64,000 nt of DNA from Spizellomyces punctatus DAOM BR117 (lineage: Eukaryota): NCBI GenBank assembly GCA_000182565.2, contig KQ257452.1; one strand, 5' to 3'. How positions within the stretch are numbered: position 1 is the first letter of the stretch; every line of letters begins with the position of its first letter. Shown piece after piece: positions 63,751-64,000 of the stretch. A model generated the notes under the pieces. It saw nothing but the letters and a program-made list of their open reading frames with translations, was not told where the DNA came from and ran no database searches. A program made the position numbers and the translations under genes.

Positions 63751-64000
63751 TGTATTTTCGTTATTTTATCCCCTTTGGCTTGATTATGAAGGTCGACGGT
63801 TTACCGTCCTTGCATGGGGAATTATGAAAAGAAAATATGCTCGCTTCGAACTTTGACACTTTTGACATCAAGTTTCCCCACATGTAATGAGTTGTCTCAT
63901 AGTCGCGCATGTGAACTTCTTGCTTGTTGCATCACTGTGGCAATGGAAATCAGTGGAGAGGGGTAGGGTAGCATTGGACCTCCAACACTTTTGACTGGCA

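Overview
Gene-dense, intron-rich eukaryotic DNA from a flagellated fungus. The evidence is a CFAP45 axonemal gene, a class C GPCR and short GT-AG introns with CTRAC branch points; a chytrid such as Spizellomyces is the likely source (inference). Most of the window is housekeeping genes: TMF1/Sgm1, End3-like, ISN1, HAT1, PSF3, TOM70, TAM41, STYX-like, CHK2/Rad53-family, DnaJ-TMEM185, CK2-beta, FYV7-like, TFIIB, GPN1, USP, CaMK, OXA1, CHY finger, PPAT, EXO70, CFAP45 and RBM22, plus two identical tRNA-Pro(UGG) genes. The standout is a mobile-element nest at about 26.1-31.5 kb. Two oppositely oriented non-autonomous TIR elements (707 and 760 bp) each sit at a CATA site with a TA duplication. Each ends in a 75-nt structured segment (73/75 identical between copies) that looks like a Fanzor omegaRNA scaffold, but neither has a Fanzor ORF ('ghost' OMEGA loci). 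Both carry a conserved TATA box and a conserved spliceosomal intron upstream of the scaffold. Between them lies a 3.0-kb IS630/Tc1-type element with related TIRs, an intact DD44E transposase and a convergent spliced cargo gene with a SUKH/US22-like motif. Coordinates of multi-exon genes are read by eye and run from start codon to stop codon, including introns.
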